DNA of 64,000 nt from Camelus ferus. Its lineage: Eukaryota. Under the pieces are notes generated by a model. The model did no database searches and was not told the DNA's origin. It saw only the letters and a list, made by a program, of their open reading frames with translations. A program made the position numbers and the translations under genes. Positions 49,720 to 61,849 of this stretch are shown here, piece by piece. Position 1 is the stretch's first letter. Each line of letters starts with the position of its first letter. The stretch covers positions 16,430,001 through 16,494,000 of the forward strand of contig NC_045714.1 in the NCBI RefSeq assembly GCF_009834535.1, written 5' to 3'.

Positions 49720-51435
49720 ACCTAGCCGTACTCTGGTCCTCTGGTCCTCCGGTCCTCCGTTCCTCCCCGGCATTCTGCCCCAGGGTCACCCCTGTGACTT
49801 TCCTAAGCCCCCTCGCATAGAAAATGCTTAAGTTGGTCTCTGCCCGGGTTCCTGGTGTAGAGCTCCCGAGCCTCTCGTGAACTCCTAACTGGTGAACCCA
49901 CCAGGAGCACCTCCTGTCCTGCTGAGGTGACCCTGCTGGGCTCCTGGGTGGGGGCTGCTCACCAGGAGGACCAAGGCATCTTTAGAAGCTTGGGATTCTC
50001 AGCCCCGCCCTCATCCTCCGGAGAGGGGCGGCGGCTGGAGACAGAGTTGATGCTTGATCATGCCCATGTGATGAAGCCTCCGCAAAATTCCCAAAGCAAA
50101 GGGTGTGGAGAGATTCCAGGCTGGTGGACACATCCACACTGGGCGACGCCGCCCCCCCCAGCTCCATGGGCCAGGAGCCCCTGTGCTCGGGACCCCCAGA
50201 CCTCACCCCGGGCACCTCTGCACCTGGCTGCGTCTCTGTGTCCGGGTCACACCCTGAGCCTCCTTCCCTGAGCTGTGAGCCGGACTAGCAAACTCATCAC
50301 ACCTGAAGAGCGGGGTGGCAATCTCCCAGGTGTAGCAAGTTGGCCAGAAGCTGTGGGCCCCTGGGGGCATGCTGCTCGCATCCGGCACCTGCAAGCGGGG
50401 AGCGGTGTCGGGGGCTGAGCCCCTAACCCGTGAGATCTGACATCACCTCCGGGTGGACACCCGGTGTCCCAGAGAATTATTTTCTGTGAAAAACCCCCAC
50501 ATACGTGGTGACCAGAAGGGCCAGGAGCAAGGCGTCCTGTGTGGGGAGAACAGGACGCACGCGGGGGCGGCAGGTTCTCTCACACACTCTCCCGCGTGTT
50601 ACGCTTCACTGTCCGAAGATTCAGGGAGCTTTGCGCTGATTTATTCTCAAACTTTCTTCTCTCCCGGGCCTTCTTGCAGGGGACAGTGGCCGAGGTCTTC
50701 AGCACGTTTTCTACAAATTGTCTGGCCCAGCTCCAGGTCCATTAAAAATATCACTGTCCAACTCTGTCGAGGAATCATGAAGCAGCTGCTACGTTTGCTT
50801 TCCAAGTAGAAAAGTGGGCAGAAGACGAGACGAGGTGTGTAAACAGGGCACACAAGCCTTGTGCAACTTCCCTACTAGCACAGAACCAAAAAGGGGACGG
50901 CCCCGAGGGCCCCTCCAGCAGCCTGGCCTCCTCCCCCCACCCCGACGGCCGGCTCAGGACCCCCAGCACCAGTGCCAGATGTGCGTGGCGGGGGACAGTC
51001 ACGGGAAGCAGGGCGCGCGGCGCTGAGCGCACGCGCACGCGCACGGCACACCTGACCGCAGACCCGCCCCTCAGTCACATCGGCCCGACACGCGGAGGCC
51101 CCAGGCCACTCCTTCCAGAGAGGGGGGCGGGGATCCTGGTCCCCCGGGCCGCCGTCAGAGCCGCGCTGACGTGGGCCGGCTCGGGGCTGGTCACCGGGAC
51201 CAGGGTTGGGCCTGGGCTCCCGACGGCCACTCGCCTCCTGCTGGGCTCGCCCGACCTCCAGCAGCCTGTGGGCCTGCATGTCCTTGCTGCCACTGCTGAA
51301 GGAAGCCACGGCCAACTCCACGGACATCGTGAAATAACCGTGGTTCTTACTAACGTCTGCAAAGGCCTTCTGAAAGGTCCAGAGGTGGCTGCCGGGGACA
51401 GTGAGCCCCAGCAGCAGAGACGCCTTCGGGAACAT
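49006..51435 (-). CDS. CST16-like CRES-family cystatin (gene B), 151 aa, possibly decaying. Exons 51435-51235, 50763-50653, 49149-49006
   Basis: Reads MFPKASLLLGLTVPGSHLWTFQKAFADVSK...SVELAVASF...AHRLLEVGRAQQE | [37 protein letters not shown] | VSCTF.... The frame is intact, but the intron 1 donor is GC. Confidence 0.7.
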
Positions 51436-52389
51436 GCTGTCCGGCGTCAGCGGGGAGGACGGGCGATGGGCGCCCCCCGCAGGCCAGCTCCTCGGCACCC
51501 TGCTGCCCATCTCTCCTGCCGGCACCGAACAGGAGGCAGCGCAGGGGGTCACGTTGTCCACCCCCGGTCACAGGAACCCTGGATGCTGGGCACGCATGCT
51601 GCAGGCTCTGTGCCCCGCGTTTCCAGGGCTTCAGCCTGGGCGGGTCCCTCCTGCCGGGCCCTGCGTCCACCCTGCCACCTTCAGAGCCATGCAGCCGGGA
51701 CCGCCGGGGTCACGGAGTCCCCTCCCGGGCAGCACGGCAGCGGCCAAGCCTGCTGCGACCTTGGCTGGAGCCCATGCGACCGGCCGGGCTGGGAGTATGG
51801 GGCGTGCAGCCGGCAGTGGGGGAGTCTGCGGGGAGCTGTGCTCACCGCCGCCCCGACTTCCTCCAGAAGCCCACCTGGCTCCGCGCTCCCCGCCGGCCAT
51901 GCCTGACCCTGGCTTTCTGCGCTCCAAACACGCCTGGTTCCCTGACGTGCCCTCCGCCCGGGGCCCCGCTGGCAGTGCCGTGTTCTCTCGCACGGCCGCC
52001 CATTTCCTAATGGCCTTTCTTCCTACTGACCTCCGGCCCAAGGCCTGCTCCGTTCAGAGAACAGCCTTTCTATTCCATCTCTCCTGTGAAATTGGCCGAG
52101 ACCTGTTTCATTCCCCAGAATATGGCCAGTGGTCCACGTTCTTGAAAAGACTGTGTCTTCTGCATTTTTCAGGTGCAAAGTTAGGGATGGACATATCCCA
52201 GGTGGCCCATGTGATCAAAACTTCCCTACAGGGACCATCCCTACTTCGTTTTATTTTACTGAGTTTGGTTTGGGTTTAGGGTTCGGTCTGCTTCTCCGTC
52301 TGTTCCTGGGTGACGTGTTAAAACCCCTCATGGGGATTGGATTGTGGATTTGTCTGTCCTCCTTTCCTCAGAATTCTGGCTGTGTGTAT

Positions 52390-52612
52390 TTGAGAGGCGC
52401 TGTGTGTCCGTGTGTGTGTCGTGTGTGTGTGTGTATCTGACTATTTGTGTGCATGTGTGTGTGATGTGTGTGTAGTGTGCACGTGTACATGTATGATATG
52501 TGTGCAGTGTGAGTGTGTGTGCTTGTGTACACGGTGTGTATGTGGTGTGTGTGTGGGTGATGTTTGTGTGTGGTGCGTGCACAGTGTGTGCGTGTGTGCA
52601 CGCGCGTGTGCA
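52390..52612. repeat. Degenerate (TG)n low-complexity tract
   Basis: Direct reading. Confidence 0.9.
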
Positions 52613-54818
52613 CACCGCCAGCCACTCATTGCGTTGCACGAGCCCTGCGGCAGGGTCGGGCGGCAGGAAGGACGACATGGTAACAGCTGACACCGTGAGC
52701 CCGCCCTAGGCTCTCTCCTGAGTTACCTCTTAACTGTCAGGACAGCAGAAGCATTTCACACCCGCTTTCCAGGTGCGGAGACCCAGGCATGTCAAACGGA
52801 GGTGACCCGCCCACCGTGACTGGGATGTGAACCCAGACGATCTGCCCCGAGGGCCTTGGAGTCAGTGCCAGAGGCAGAGGGGCAGCGGCAGGGAGGCTGG
52901 TCTTTGCAGGAGACACCCGAAGGTGCAGCCCGGGGTGGGGGGCGGCGCTCAGAAGGAGGTTCCAGAGCAGAGGACCCTGCAGGAGAGTCCGGGAGGTGAG
53001 TGAATTCTCACAAAGTGAAGCTGGGAAGCAGCCTCACCAGAGGGGAGCCGGGTCTGAGCGGAGGCTGGTGTGGGGGCACCTGGGCAGGGATCCCCTAGCT
53101 GACACCCAGACTCCCCTGGCCCGGCCATCCCAGGCTGGCCCCCGACCCACCAAATGAAGCCCAGCCAAAGTCCCGAGGCTGCCTCCAGGGCGGGAACTGT
53201 GGCTTCCAGAAAGATCCGTGATACTGTGACACCCTCCTCTCACCACCAGGCACGGATGTCCCCAGCTCAGGGGCAGCCACCTGACTGCTTCCCTGTGCTC
53301 TGAGCCCCAGGCGTGCGCTGTTCTGCTGGCTGGAGGGGCAGTGTCTACGGGCTTGAGGACATGCATTTGGACCACAGGAACCCATCAGCAGGGCAGCTGC
53401 CAGGGGGACCAGCCAGTGCCACCTCCTTGCATGCCGGTCCCCCAGAAAGGAGAGTCCGGCCGTCAGGGGACACCTTCCAGCAGGGCACGTCTGAGGTGCG
53501 GCTCCAGGCACCTGAGGCAAGTCTGTGCAGACGCGAGGCTCGGCACCAGGCCAGGGCCGAGCAGGAAGCCTTCCTGGCAGCTGACAATTCTGCTTTCGGT
53601 CTCAGCGTCTAAACCGCCTGTCCATGCGTTGTGGAAGGCTCGGCGCTGGGGACAACTGAGTGTTTGTAAGATAAACGTGAGCGAACCCAGGTCCCTGTCA
53701 CCACGAAGCGTCCAGGGCGGGAGGCAGAAGGGAAGAAGTGACTGGGGTCTGGGTGGACCTCGGGCTGATCTTGGGGCTCCCCAGACACAACCCGGGGCCT
53801 GCAGGGCAGCGAGGGGGGCGTGAGGCCCGTGAGCTGGCCCTGAGTCGGGGCGCTTCTGTTCACAGTGGGACTTTGTGAGGAATTTGCAGCAACCAGGCAG
53901 AACCGCGGGGTCAGACCTCAGAGCAGGACTGGAGTGAGGCGACACGCGGGCGCGTCTGCGGAGGCGTGAACATGCTTCGTGCTGTGAGTGTGGAGAAGGG
54001 GCCTTAATGCAGGCCCACGCCAGTGGGCGTGACTGGGGATCTATGCCCCCCGAGAGTTATAGGCCCGACTCTATGCAGATGTTACTGAACGCGAAATGCC
54101 ATTGTTGAGGCAGATTTTGAAATCCGGGGCAGAATGCTGAAGTCCTCGGAGCAGGTGAAGGCACTACGAGGTAGAAAACAGCTCGCCGCCTGTGGAGAAG
54201 TGAATCGATAGGGGCAGAGGGCAGGGGGCAGGCTAAAGGGAGGGGGTCTCGGGTCTGACTCTCCCTGCACTCCAGCCGGGTGACCAGACGAGGCTGGGCT
54301 GGGGCTGTTCTGGGTAGAGACAGAACCTGGGTGGGAGGGACGCCAGGGGGGTCCACATTCCTCAGCCGAAAGAAACCAGGGAATTCCCGGAAAGAAGAAA
54401 CCTTGTGCTATTACGACAGGCAGAAAAGCCCCCGTCCTCACCACCCCAGCCCCCCCCCGTGACCTGCGAATAGGCCGCTGCGAAGGGAAAGGGGGCTTTG
54501 CAGTTGGGACTAAGTTAACGGTCCCAAGGTGGGAGACCATCCTCTGTCATTGCAGGGAGGTGGGCCGGACGTCATCACCAGGGTCCTTATGAGAAGGAGG
54601 TGGAGGGTCAGAGAGGGGCTGGAAGGCCCCCTGCTGGCTGTGAGGATGGAGGAGAGGGCCATGGGCTGAGCAGAGGCCTCTGGAAGTGGGAAGACTGAGG
54701 TTCTCCTTGAGGGCCTGTGGAAGGAAGGCAGCGCTGCCCACACCTGGGTTTTAGGATTTCTGATCTCCAGGGCAGTGAGATTTTTTTTAAAAATGTGCTA
54801 TCAAGTGGTATTTTTTTT

Positions 54819-55237
54819 NNNNNNNNNNNNNNNNNNNNNNNNNNNNNNNNNNNNNNNNNNNNNNNNNNNNNNNNNNNNNNNNNNNNNNNNNNNNNNNNNN
54901 NNNNNNNNNNNNNNNNNNNNNNNNNNNNNNNNNNNNNNNNNNNNNNNNNNNNNNNNNNNNNNNNNNNNNNNNNNNNNNNNNNNNNNNNNNNNNNNNNNNN
55001 NNNNNNNNNNNNNNNNNNNNNNNNNNNNNNNNNNNNNNNNTTTTGAAGTAGGGTTCCTTCTGGATATATGCCCAGGAGTGNNNNNNNNNNNNNNNNNNNN
55101 NNNNNNNNNNNNNNNNNNNNNNNNNNNNNNNNNNNNNNNNNNNNNNNNNNNNNNNNNNNNNNNNNNNNNNNNNNNNNNNNNNNNNNNNNNNNNNNNNNNN
55201 NNNNNNNNNNNNNNNNNNNNNNNNNNNNNNNNNNNNN
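54819..55237. other. Two assembly gaps (54819-55040 and 55081-55237) around a 40-bp L1 island
   Basis: N runs. Confidence 1.
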
Positions 55238-55530
55238 CACAGACATAGAATACCGACTTGTGGCTGCCAGCGGGGAGGAGGTGGGTGGGAAGGGATAACC
55301 TGGGAGTCTGAGATTTGCAGATACTGACTGGTATGTATAAAACAGATACACAAGTTTATACTGTGCAGCACAGGGAACTATATTCAACATCTTGCAGTAG
55401 CTCACGGGGAAAACGAGTGTGAAGATGAATACATGTATGTGCGTGTGCGACCGAGGCACTGTGCTGCGCACCAGAAACTGACACAACGCTGAAAAGTGAC
55501 TGTAACTCAATTTTTAAACAAAAGAAAAAA
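55238..55530 (+). mobile_element. L1 3' end (lineage-specific type) with A-rich tail
   Basis: cagacatagaa...gggagtctgagatttgcagatac...cacagggaactatattcaa...cagaaactgacac. Confidence 0.85.
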
Positions 55531-56542
55531 ATCAAAACCAAACAAACAAAAAAACCCAAAACATGTTCTGTTTGAAGCCACCACGCGTGGTAACTTGTTC
55601 CCACAGCCGCAAGACGCCAACGAGCTGCCAGGAGAGGGCAGGCTCCCGCAGGGGCCGGGGGAGAGCTGGGGAGGGACCCGCACTGCAGTCGGCTCCAGAC
55701 TTCGCAGGGCCCAGGGCTCTGTGGCCAGAGCTCCCCGTCCCTCTCCTTCTTCCTCTTCTGGCTCCTCTTCTGGCTCCAGGGGGCCTAGGAGCCACGAGGT
55801 GAGATGGGGAGGCAGCAGACAGAGGATGGATGGGAGACAGAAGGAGAAGCTGTCTGCCCCGCTGCCCACCCGCAGCCCCAGGAGGGAGAAGAGCAGCTCG
55901 AGACACCGTCTAAGCTCCGAGCATCTGAAGAGACTGGACACCTGGATTCTGGACTGAGGCTGAGCGTTGTCCCAGTGCCACAGAGGGTCCACCCTCAGGG
56001 ACGGTGGGACGTGAACACAGAGCGTCATGACTACACCCGCAGGTTCCCATTCGGGGCCCACCCTCCGTTTTCTGGGGAGCACAGCTCTCCGGGGCGGGGC
56101 AGACACCTCCCACAGGGGCAGGCAGACGACGCCCAGGTCTGAGTAGTGGGTGAGCTTGTGTCCCGCCAGCCAGGGAGGTGGGGAGGGCACGATCGGAAGG
56201 ACAGCCCGGGAACATCAGGGGCACAGGAGGGGGTGGCGTCCAGCTCGTCCCGCTCTGCTGCCTGCGCCCCCGCGCCCCCGCGTCCCCGTCCCTTCCCGTG
56301 CGCCAGGCCTCCCACGGCCCCGGCTGAGCCGAGCTTTGTGGACAGAAGCCCCAGCCTGGCTCCCACCCAGAAATGCTGGGCAGGGGAGAGGGTGTGCAGC
56401 CGAGAGGGGTGGGGTGCATACGTGTGTGACAGCTGTGAGGGACGGAGCAGGTGGTGGGTGCGCTGAGCCTGCAGCTGCCGTCTGCCCGCCTTCCCTGCAG
56501 GTGTGAATGCAGATCTGGACCGGGGAGGGGAGCGTAGGTGTC

Positions 56543-56566
56543 CCCCCGCCCCGGGCTGGCTTAAAT
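56543..56566 (+). promoter_or_regulatory. Candidate CST11 core promoter (GC box plus TTAAAT)
   Basis: ccccgccc followed by ttaaat about 75 nt upstream of the ATG; position-based inference. Confidence 0.3.
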
Positions 56567-56638
56567 CCGGCCGAGCAGAGCGGCCAGCACACTGACCAGC
56601 TCTGGCAGCCCAAGGAAGAGGCCCCCCGCCCAGCGACA

Positions 56639-59069
56639 ATGGCCAGAGCCCCGCAGGGCCCCCGACTGCTGCTGGCCATTGTGGGGGCTCTGGTGGCCCT
56701 CACCTACCAAACAAGAAGGAAGACCTTCATCAGTGTCCGGGAGGTGCCTGCGTCGGCGTCCGTCGTGGTGACCACCCTGGACTACGTGACCAAGGAGTTC
56801 AACAAGAAGAGTGAGGACAAGTACAACTTCCGGGTCGTGCGGGTCCCCAAGGTTGTGCAGAAGGTCAGTGTCCCCTCCCCTCACCAGCCCTGCCAGGGCG
56901 CCGCGGGCTGGGGCTGCGCCGGTCAGCTTGGCCTCGTTTAGTCAGAAGCGGGTGTTTTAAGAGAAACAGAAATTCCCTGGAGCAGATGGACGCAGGGGAC
57001 GCGCAGGACCAGGGCCGGCCCAGCACAGCCGAGGGCCCCAGCTGCCCACCGCCACCCGGTGCCTGCTTTCCGGGCGCCCGGCCCCGCCGCGTGTGCCCGG
57101 CTCAGGCTGTTTCCACGCTGGCGGGGCTCCTGCTCCCTGCCGTGGGCCAGCAGTGGGCATCACGCAGGCCACCCCAGGGTGACTTTGCCCGAGCGGTGGC
57201 TTCTGGGGAGCTCTCCCCGGAGGACAGGGCAGCACGGGCAGCAGACAAGAGGAGGAGGGAGGAGCCCCAGTCTGTCCAGGGCGGCCCTGCAGGGAAGGGC
57301 TGGTGGCCCTTCATCTCCTTGCCCCTTGCTCCTGCAGCTGACCGACCACATGGAGTACCACATCGACGTGGAGATGCGCAGGACCGTCTGCTTCAAGTCG
57401 GAGGCCAACAACTGCAGCTTTCAGGACGGGGAGCTCTACAAGGTGCGGGCCACGCCCCTCTGCGTGGCTCCCCCTGTGGTTTGGGGTGAGGGGGGTGGGA
57501 GTACTGGGGAGGTACCCAGCTTGCTTGAGAAGAACGCACACCTCGCACCTCCTTTCTCGAGGCGGAGAAGTGACGGAGAGAGGGACCAGGACCCCGCCCG
57601 GCGGGCTCTGCGCCTTTATGGCTGGAAGGATTTCGGGGCAGTTGAGGGGTCTGGAGGGGGGAGCCCAGGTCACTGAGCTGCGGGGGGACACTCTGAGGTC
57701 GAAGGAAGTAATGATTGTCATACCATTTTAGCAGCCGGGGGACCTCGCCAGAGCTCCCACTGAAAATCTGGACGTCAGCCTGACAGTCTCACAGGGGCTG
57801 GGCTGCGGCCTCTGCCCCTTTCTTCCAGTGACGAGGAGGAGGGATGGGGAAGTGGGCTCAGAGACAGTTCAAGGGTGTTGGGGCGGGGGAGGGAGGGGGC
57901 AAATCCGCGGGCCCGTGACCGGCTCGGGGGCCACCGCCCCCACCCAGTGTGTCCACATCCGGGGCGGCCAGCTGGACCCCGGCCATCTGGGACAGCATGG
58001 TCCGGCGGGCCCTCGCTCTTGGGGCCTTGAAGGTCCCAAGTCCCAGCAGCCCTGCAAAGCCCTCTCTTTACCCAGATGAGCTAACAGAGGGGGGTCAGGG
58101 GCATGTCTGTCCTGAGCGTCCTGGTTTGTGTCCAACTTCTTAGCATCATTGTTAACAGTGTCCCCACCTGCTTACACCGTGTCCTGGTTTGTCTCATAAA
58201 TTCCACGGTCACCCTGGTTGTAAAGGTCTCCTGTGTTCTCAGCACAGACACACGTCCATCTGTGAGCTCCACCTACGTGGAGAATTCTCCAAAATCTAGC
58301 AAGTTAGACTTTCCTGGTCCTTCCCTGGAGATCATGATGGTAACAGTGGAGTATAATGAGAGAAGCTGATAGGTGTGAGAGATCAAGCCAAAGTTAGCAC
58401 TCGGACTTCTGTTTTAGGGGAACTGTAAGCATTTCATCCTCCCCGGCCCCCTCTTCACTGCAGCCCCGGGCTTTCCAACCAAGAGAAGGAAAGTGAAGTC
58501 GTGCTGAGAAATGACAACAATGTGCAAAATATGTTGCCTGACCCTCCCTTGTGGGAGGGGAGGGAGGCGGGGAGGAGGGGGCCTCGGAGGAAACAGGGCG
58601 GGGGAGGAAGGGGGCGTGAGGCTGGGAGGACGGGAGGGCGGGAGGAGGAGAGGGAAGATGGTGGACCGGGTGGAAGGGGGGCCAGGATGGGAGGAGGGGC
58701 CCCGCCCGGGAAGTGTGTGGGGACCACCTGGGGTGGAAAAGGGGAGAAGCGGCCGTGGCCCCCACGGTGGGTGTGGGCGGGGGACACTTTGCTTCCAGTC
58801 TCCACTTCCAACCACAGCAGGAGGACGTTTGGGGGATGAGTTGAGCAGCTATCGAGTCACTGAAATCAAAACAATGATGGCCCCACGGGGGGCTGCAGAC
58901 AGGGCACTGGTGTTTCTGGCTTCCTTCCCCTGTAAAGTTCTCAGCCTGCAGGTAGATCTTTTTCACATTTTGTTTTGTTTTTTAGAAAATCGATTGCTTC
59001 TTCTCAGTGTCTGTTTTGCCCTGGTTTGAAAAGTATAAACTTCTGACCAAAAACTGCACCGATGGCTAG
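56639..59069 (+). CDS. CST11: Cystatin 11, 137 aa. Exons 56639-56863, 57338-57442, 58986-59069
   Basis: Reads LLLAIVGALVALTYQTRRKTFISVREV...EFNKKSEDKYNFR | LTDHMEYHIDVEMRRTVCFK...GELYK | KIDCFFSVSVLPWFEKYKLLTKNCTDG*, with canonical splice sites; matches human CST11 motifs. Confidence 0.94.
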
Positions 59070-59141
59070 AGGTCCCAGCGCACATCCGGCGGTCACTGTG
59101 TGTGAAAGAACCCGACGTCGACTGCCGCGCTCCGTGTGGAA

Positions 59142-59147
59142 AATAAA
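59142..59147 (+). terminator. AATAAA polyadenylation signal of CST11
   Basis: Canonical hexamer 73 nt after the stop. Confidence 0.75.
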
Positions 59148-60629
59148 TGCTGGTCAACCTCTTCTCCTAGCGCTCTGAATGTCTGTGATTCCACTCCCCG
59201 CCCCCCAAATTCTTCAGCTCATAATGACACGGTCTGAGTTATTCCCGGCTAGCACAGCTTTGGGGTCCAAGTGGGGTGACAGGTGTAATTCTTGGTCTGA
59301 TGGCCCGTTCCTGAACGACAGCAGAATTTCAGCCTCGTTCTCATATCGAGTGGGATCCTCTAGATTTTAAAATAAGAAGGAGAAGATGAGAAAAAGCAGG
59401 AGGAGGGAAGACGCTCCGATTACCTGAGTGAGCAGCGGAGGGTGCTGGCACGGACGCCTGTGGCGGCACCTCCGAGGGGCCCAAAGGACCTCCTTTGCCT
59501 GAAGTGTGGAACGAGGGGACGTGATGTGAGTAACTGAGATGAGCAGGGCGTCGTCACTGACAAGGGCCAGGCTGGGAGCTGTGCCTCATTTTTGCCGTCA
59601 CGTGCACTTTCTGAGCCCAAACTCTACAGTTAGACCCACACCCCCAGCATCAGCCACGCTGGGCCAGGGCAGGTATCTTCCCAGAGGGACTCCTGGCCCA
59701 GAGGGCCCAGGGCAAGGTGGGCCCCTGCGGGAAGGAGGAGGACGTGGGCTGCAATCCCCGTTCATTCTCCCCAGCAGACCTGAGAGGGGACTCCCTCCGG
59801 AGGGAGGATGGAGGACAGGGACCAGGCACGCCGCGTCACAGGGGCCCCTGCCCACGGGTGTCACCTGGGCAGCGAGGAGTCAGCAACCCCCACCTGACAG
59901 CTCGAGTCAGGACTGAAGACAGCATCGCCGGGCTCGTGTCCCCACGCGACCCCCTCCTTGTTCTCCGGACGGCTGCCGGCAGTTTGCTGGGTCACAGCCG
60001 TCCTCACGCACCTCACGCGGGACCAGCAAGGTCCCGCCCAAGGGCTCAGGCTAAAGCCTTGGGGTTTAATATCATGGAGACGCTGTGGAAAACGCGCGCC
60101 CACATGCACGCAGCATCCATCGACCTGCAGGGAGAGGGAGCCGGCGTTTATCCCGCAGCCCTGGCCGGTCACTGGCTGCAGGACAGCTCTTAAGGGGCAC
60201 TAGTTCCCTGGAACCTCTGGCCTGGGGTGGCCCGAGCGCAGAGTGCGCAGCCAGAGGGGAGGGGCACAGGTGTCGGCATGCGGAGCCCGGGCTGGTGTGC
60301 ACAGAAAGGTGAGATGCGAGGGGGCCCGGCAGAACACCAACGGGCCGCCCTCCGCACAGGTGAACTGGGATGACGGTCTCCGCCCAGGTCTCCACCGGCT
60401 GGAGGAGGCTGGAGCTTTGAAAGAACCATTTTTTCCGACTTCGACTCTCCCTAGCAAACTTCTGGAGTCCTTGAGACCCTGTTTCAGGTGGGGCCCCGGT
60501 GAGAATCCCCTCTACCAACTATCTGGGAAGATGCTAACCTACAGTTTCCTCATCTTTTAAAAAATTTTAATTCTTTTTTTAAGGCTTTTTTTTAGGGGAG
60601 GTGGTAATTAAGTTTATTTATTTATTTAA

Positions 60630-61150
60630 TAGACTTTATTCTTTTAGAGCAGTTTCAGGTTTACAGCAGAACTGAGCAGAAAATACAGAGAGTTCGCACA
60701 CAGCCCTCCCCACCCACACATACATCCTCCCCTCCCCTCGACGTCCCTCGTCAGGGTGGCGTGTCTGGTTCAGTCGCTGAGCCAACACGGGCACATTATC
60801 ACCAGCCGAAGTCCATAGTTTGCTCGAGGGTTCACTCTTGCTGTTGTACATTCTGTGGGCTTTGACAAATGCATAATGACGTGTGGCCACCACTACGGTA
60901 CCATACAGAATACTTTCGTTGCCCTAAAAATCCCTTGCGCTCCATCTGTTCATCCCTCCCTCCCTCCCTCCCCTCCCCAAACCCCTGGAAACCACGATCT
61001 TTCTATTGTTTCTGAAGCTGTGCCTTTTCCAGAATGTCATTTGGTTGGAATCGTACAATTTGTATACTTTTCAGTCTGGCTTCTTTCATTTAGTAATGTG
61101 TCTTTTAAGTCTCTTCCAGGTCGTTCATGGCTTGATAGATCTCTTGTTTC
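60630..61150 (-). mobile_element. Old L1MA-like 3' end, preceded by a truncated SINE tail (about 60570-60630)
   Basis: ttttagagcagtttcaggtttacagcagaactgagcagaaaatacagagag...ccagaatgtcat. Confidence 0.8.
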
Positions 61151-61229
61151 ACCGCACATACATCTTTTAATTTACACATATGTACTGCTCATTGTTTCCA
61201 AGAACGTTTAGAGAGCTTTAGCTTTTTAA

Positions 61230-61800
61230 ACTTACATAGTTATCAAAGGAATAAAGCCAACCGCAAAATAAGAATTAATTAAAAAAGATACATACACCCC
61301 ACTATTAACAGCAACATTCTTTATAATTGCCAAGATATGGAAGCACCCCAAGTGCACATCAACAGATGAATAGACAACGGAGATGCAGTGTGTGTGTATA
61401 TATATACGGAATGGAATCCAGCTCACCCAGAAGAACGAAGGCTACTTTGCCATTTGTGGCCCTTCATTCACTTTTTTTTCACTTCAAAAACCAGAATTTT
61501 AAAACTGGCAGAGACATTTCCATTACATCAAAACCAACCAAATACCTAGAAATAAACCTAACCAAGGAGGTTACCTGTACTCTGAAAGCTGAAATGACAC
61601 AAAGAAATGGAAAGATTTCTTGTGCCCTTGGATTGGAAGAATCAACACTATCAAAACGGCCACACCACCCAAAGCAACCCACAGATCCAACACAACCCCC
61701 ATCAAAGTACTTGCAACATTCCTCACGGAACTAGAACAAACAATTCCAAAATTTATAAGGAACCACGTAAGACCCCAAACTGACAAAGCAATATTTGTAG
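61230..61800 (+). mobile_element. L1 ORF2 3'-half fragments
   Basis: aattgccaagatatggaagcacccc...; aaatacctagaaataaacctaaccaaggagg...ggattggaagaatcaac. Confidence 0.75.
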
Positions 61801-61849
61801 ATCTCTCTCTCTCTTTTTTCTCTTTCTTCTTTTCTCTTTTCTTATGGTT

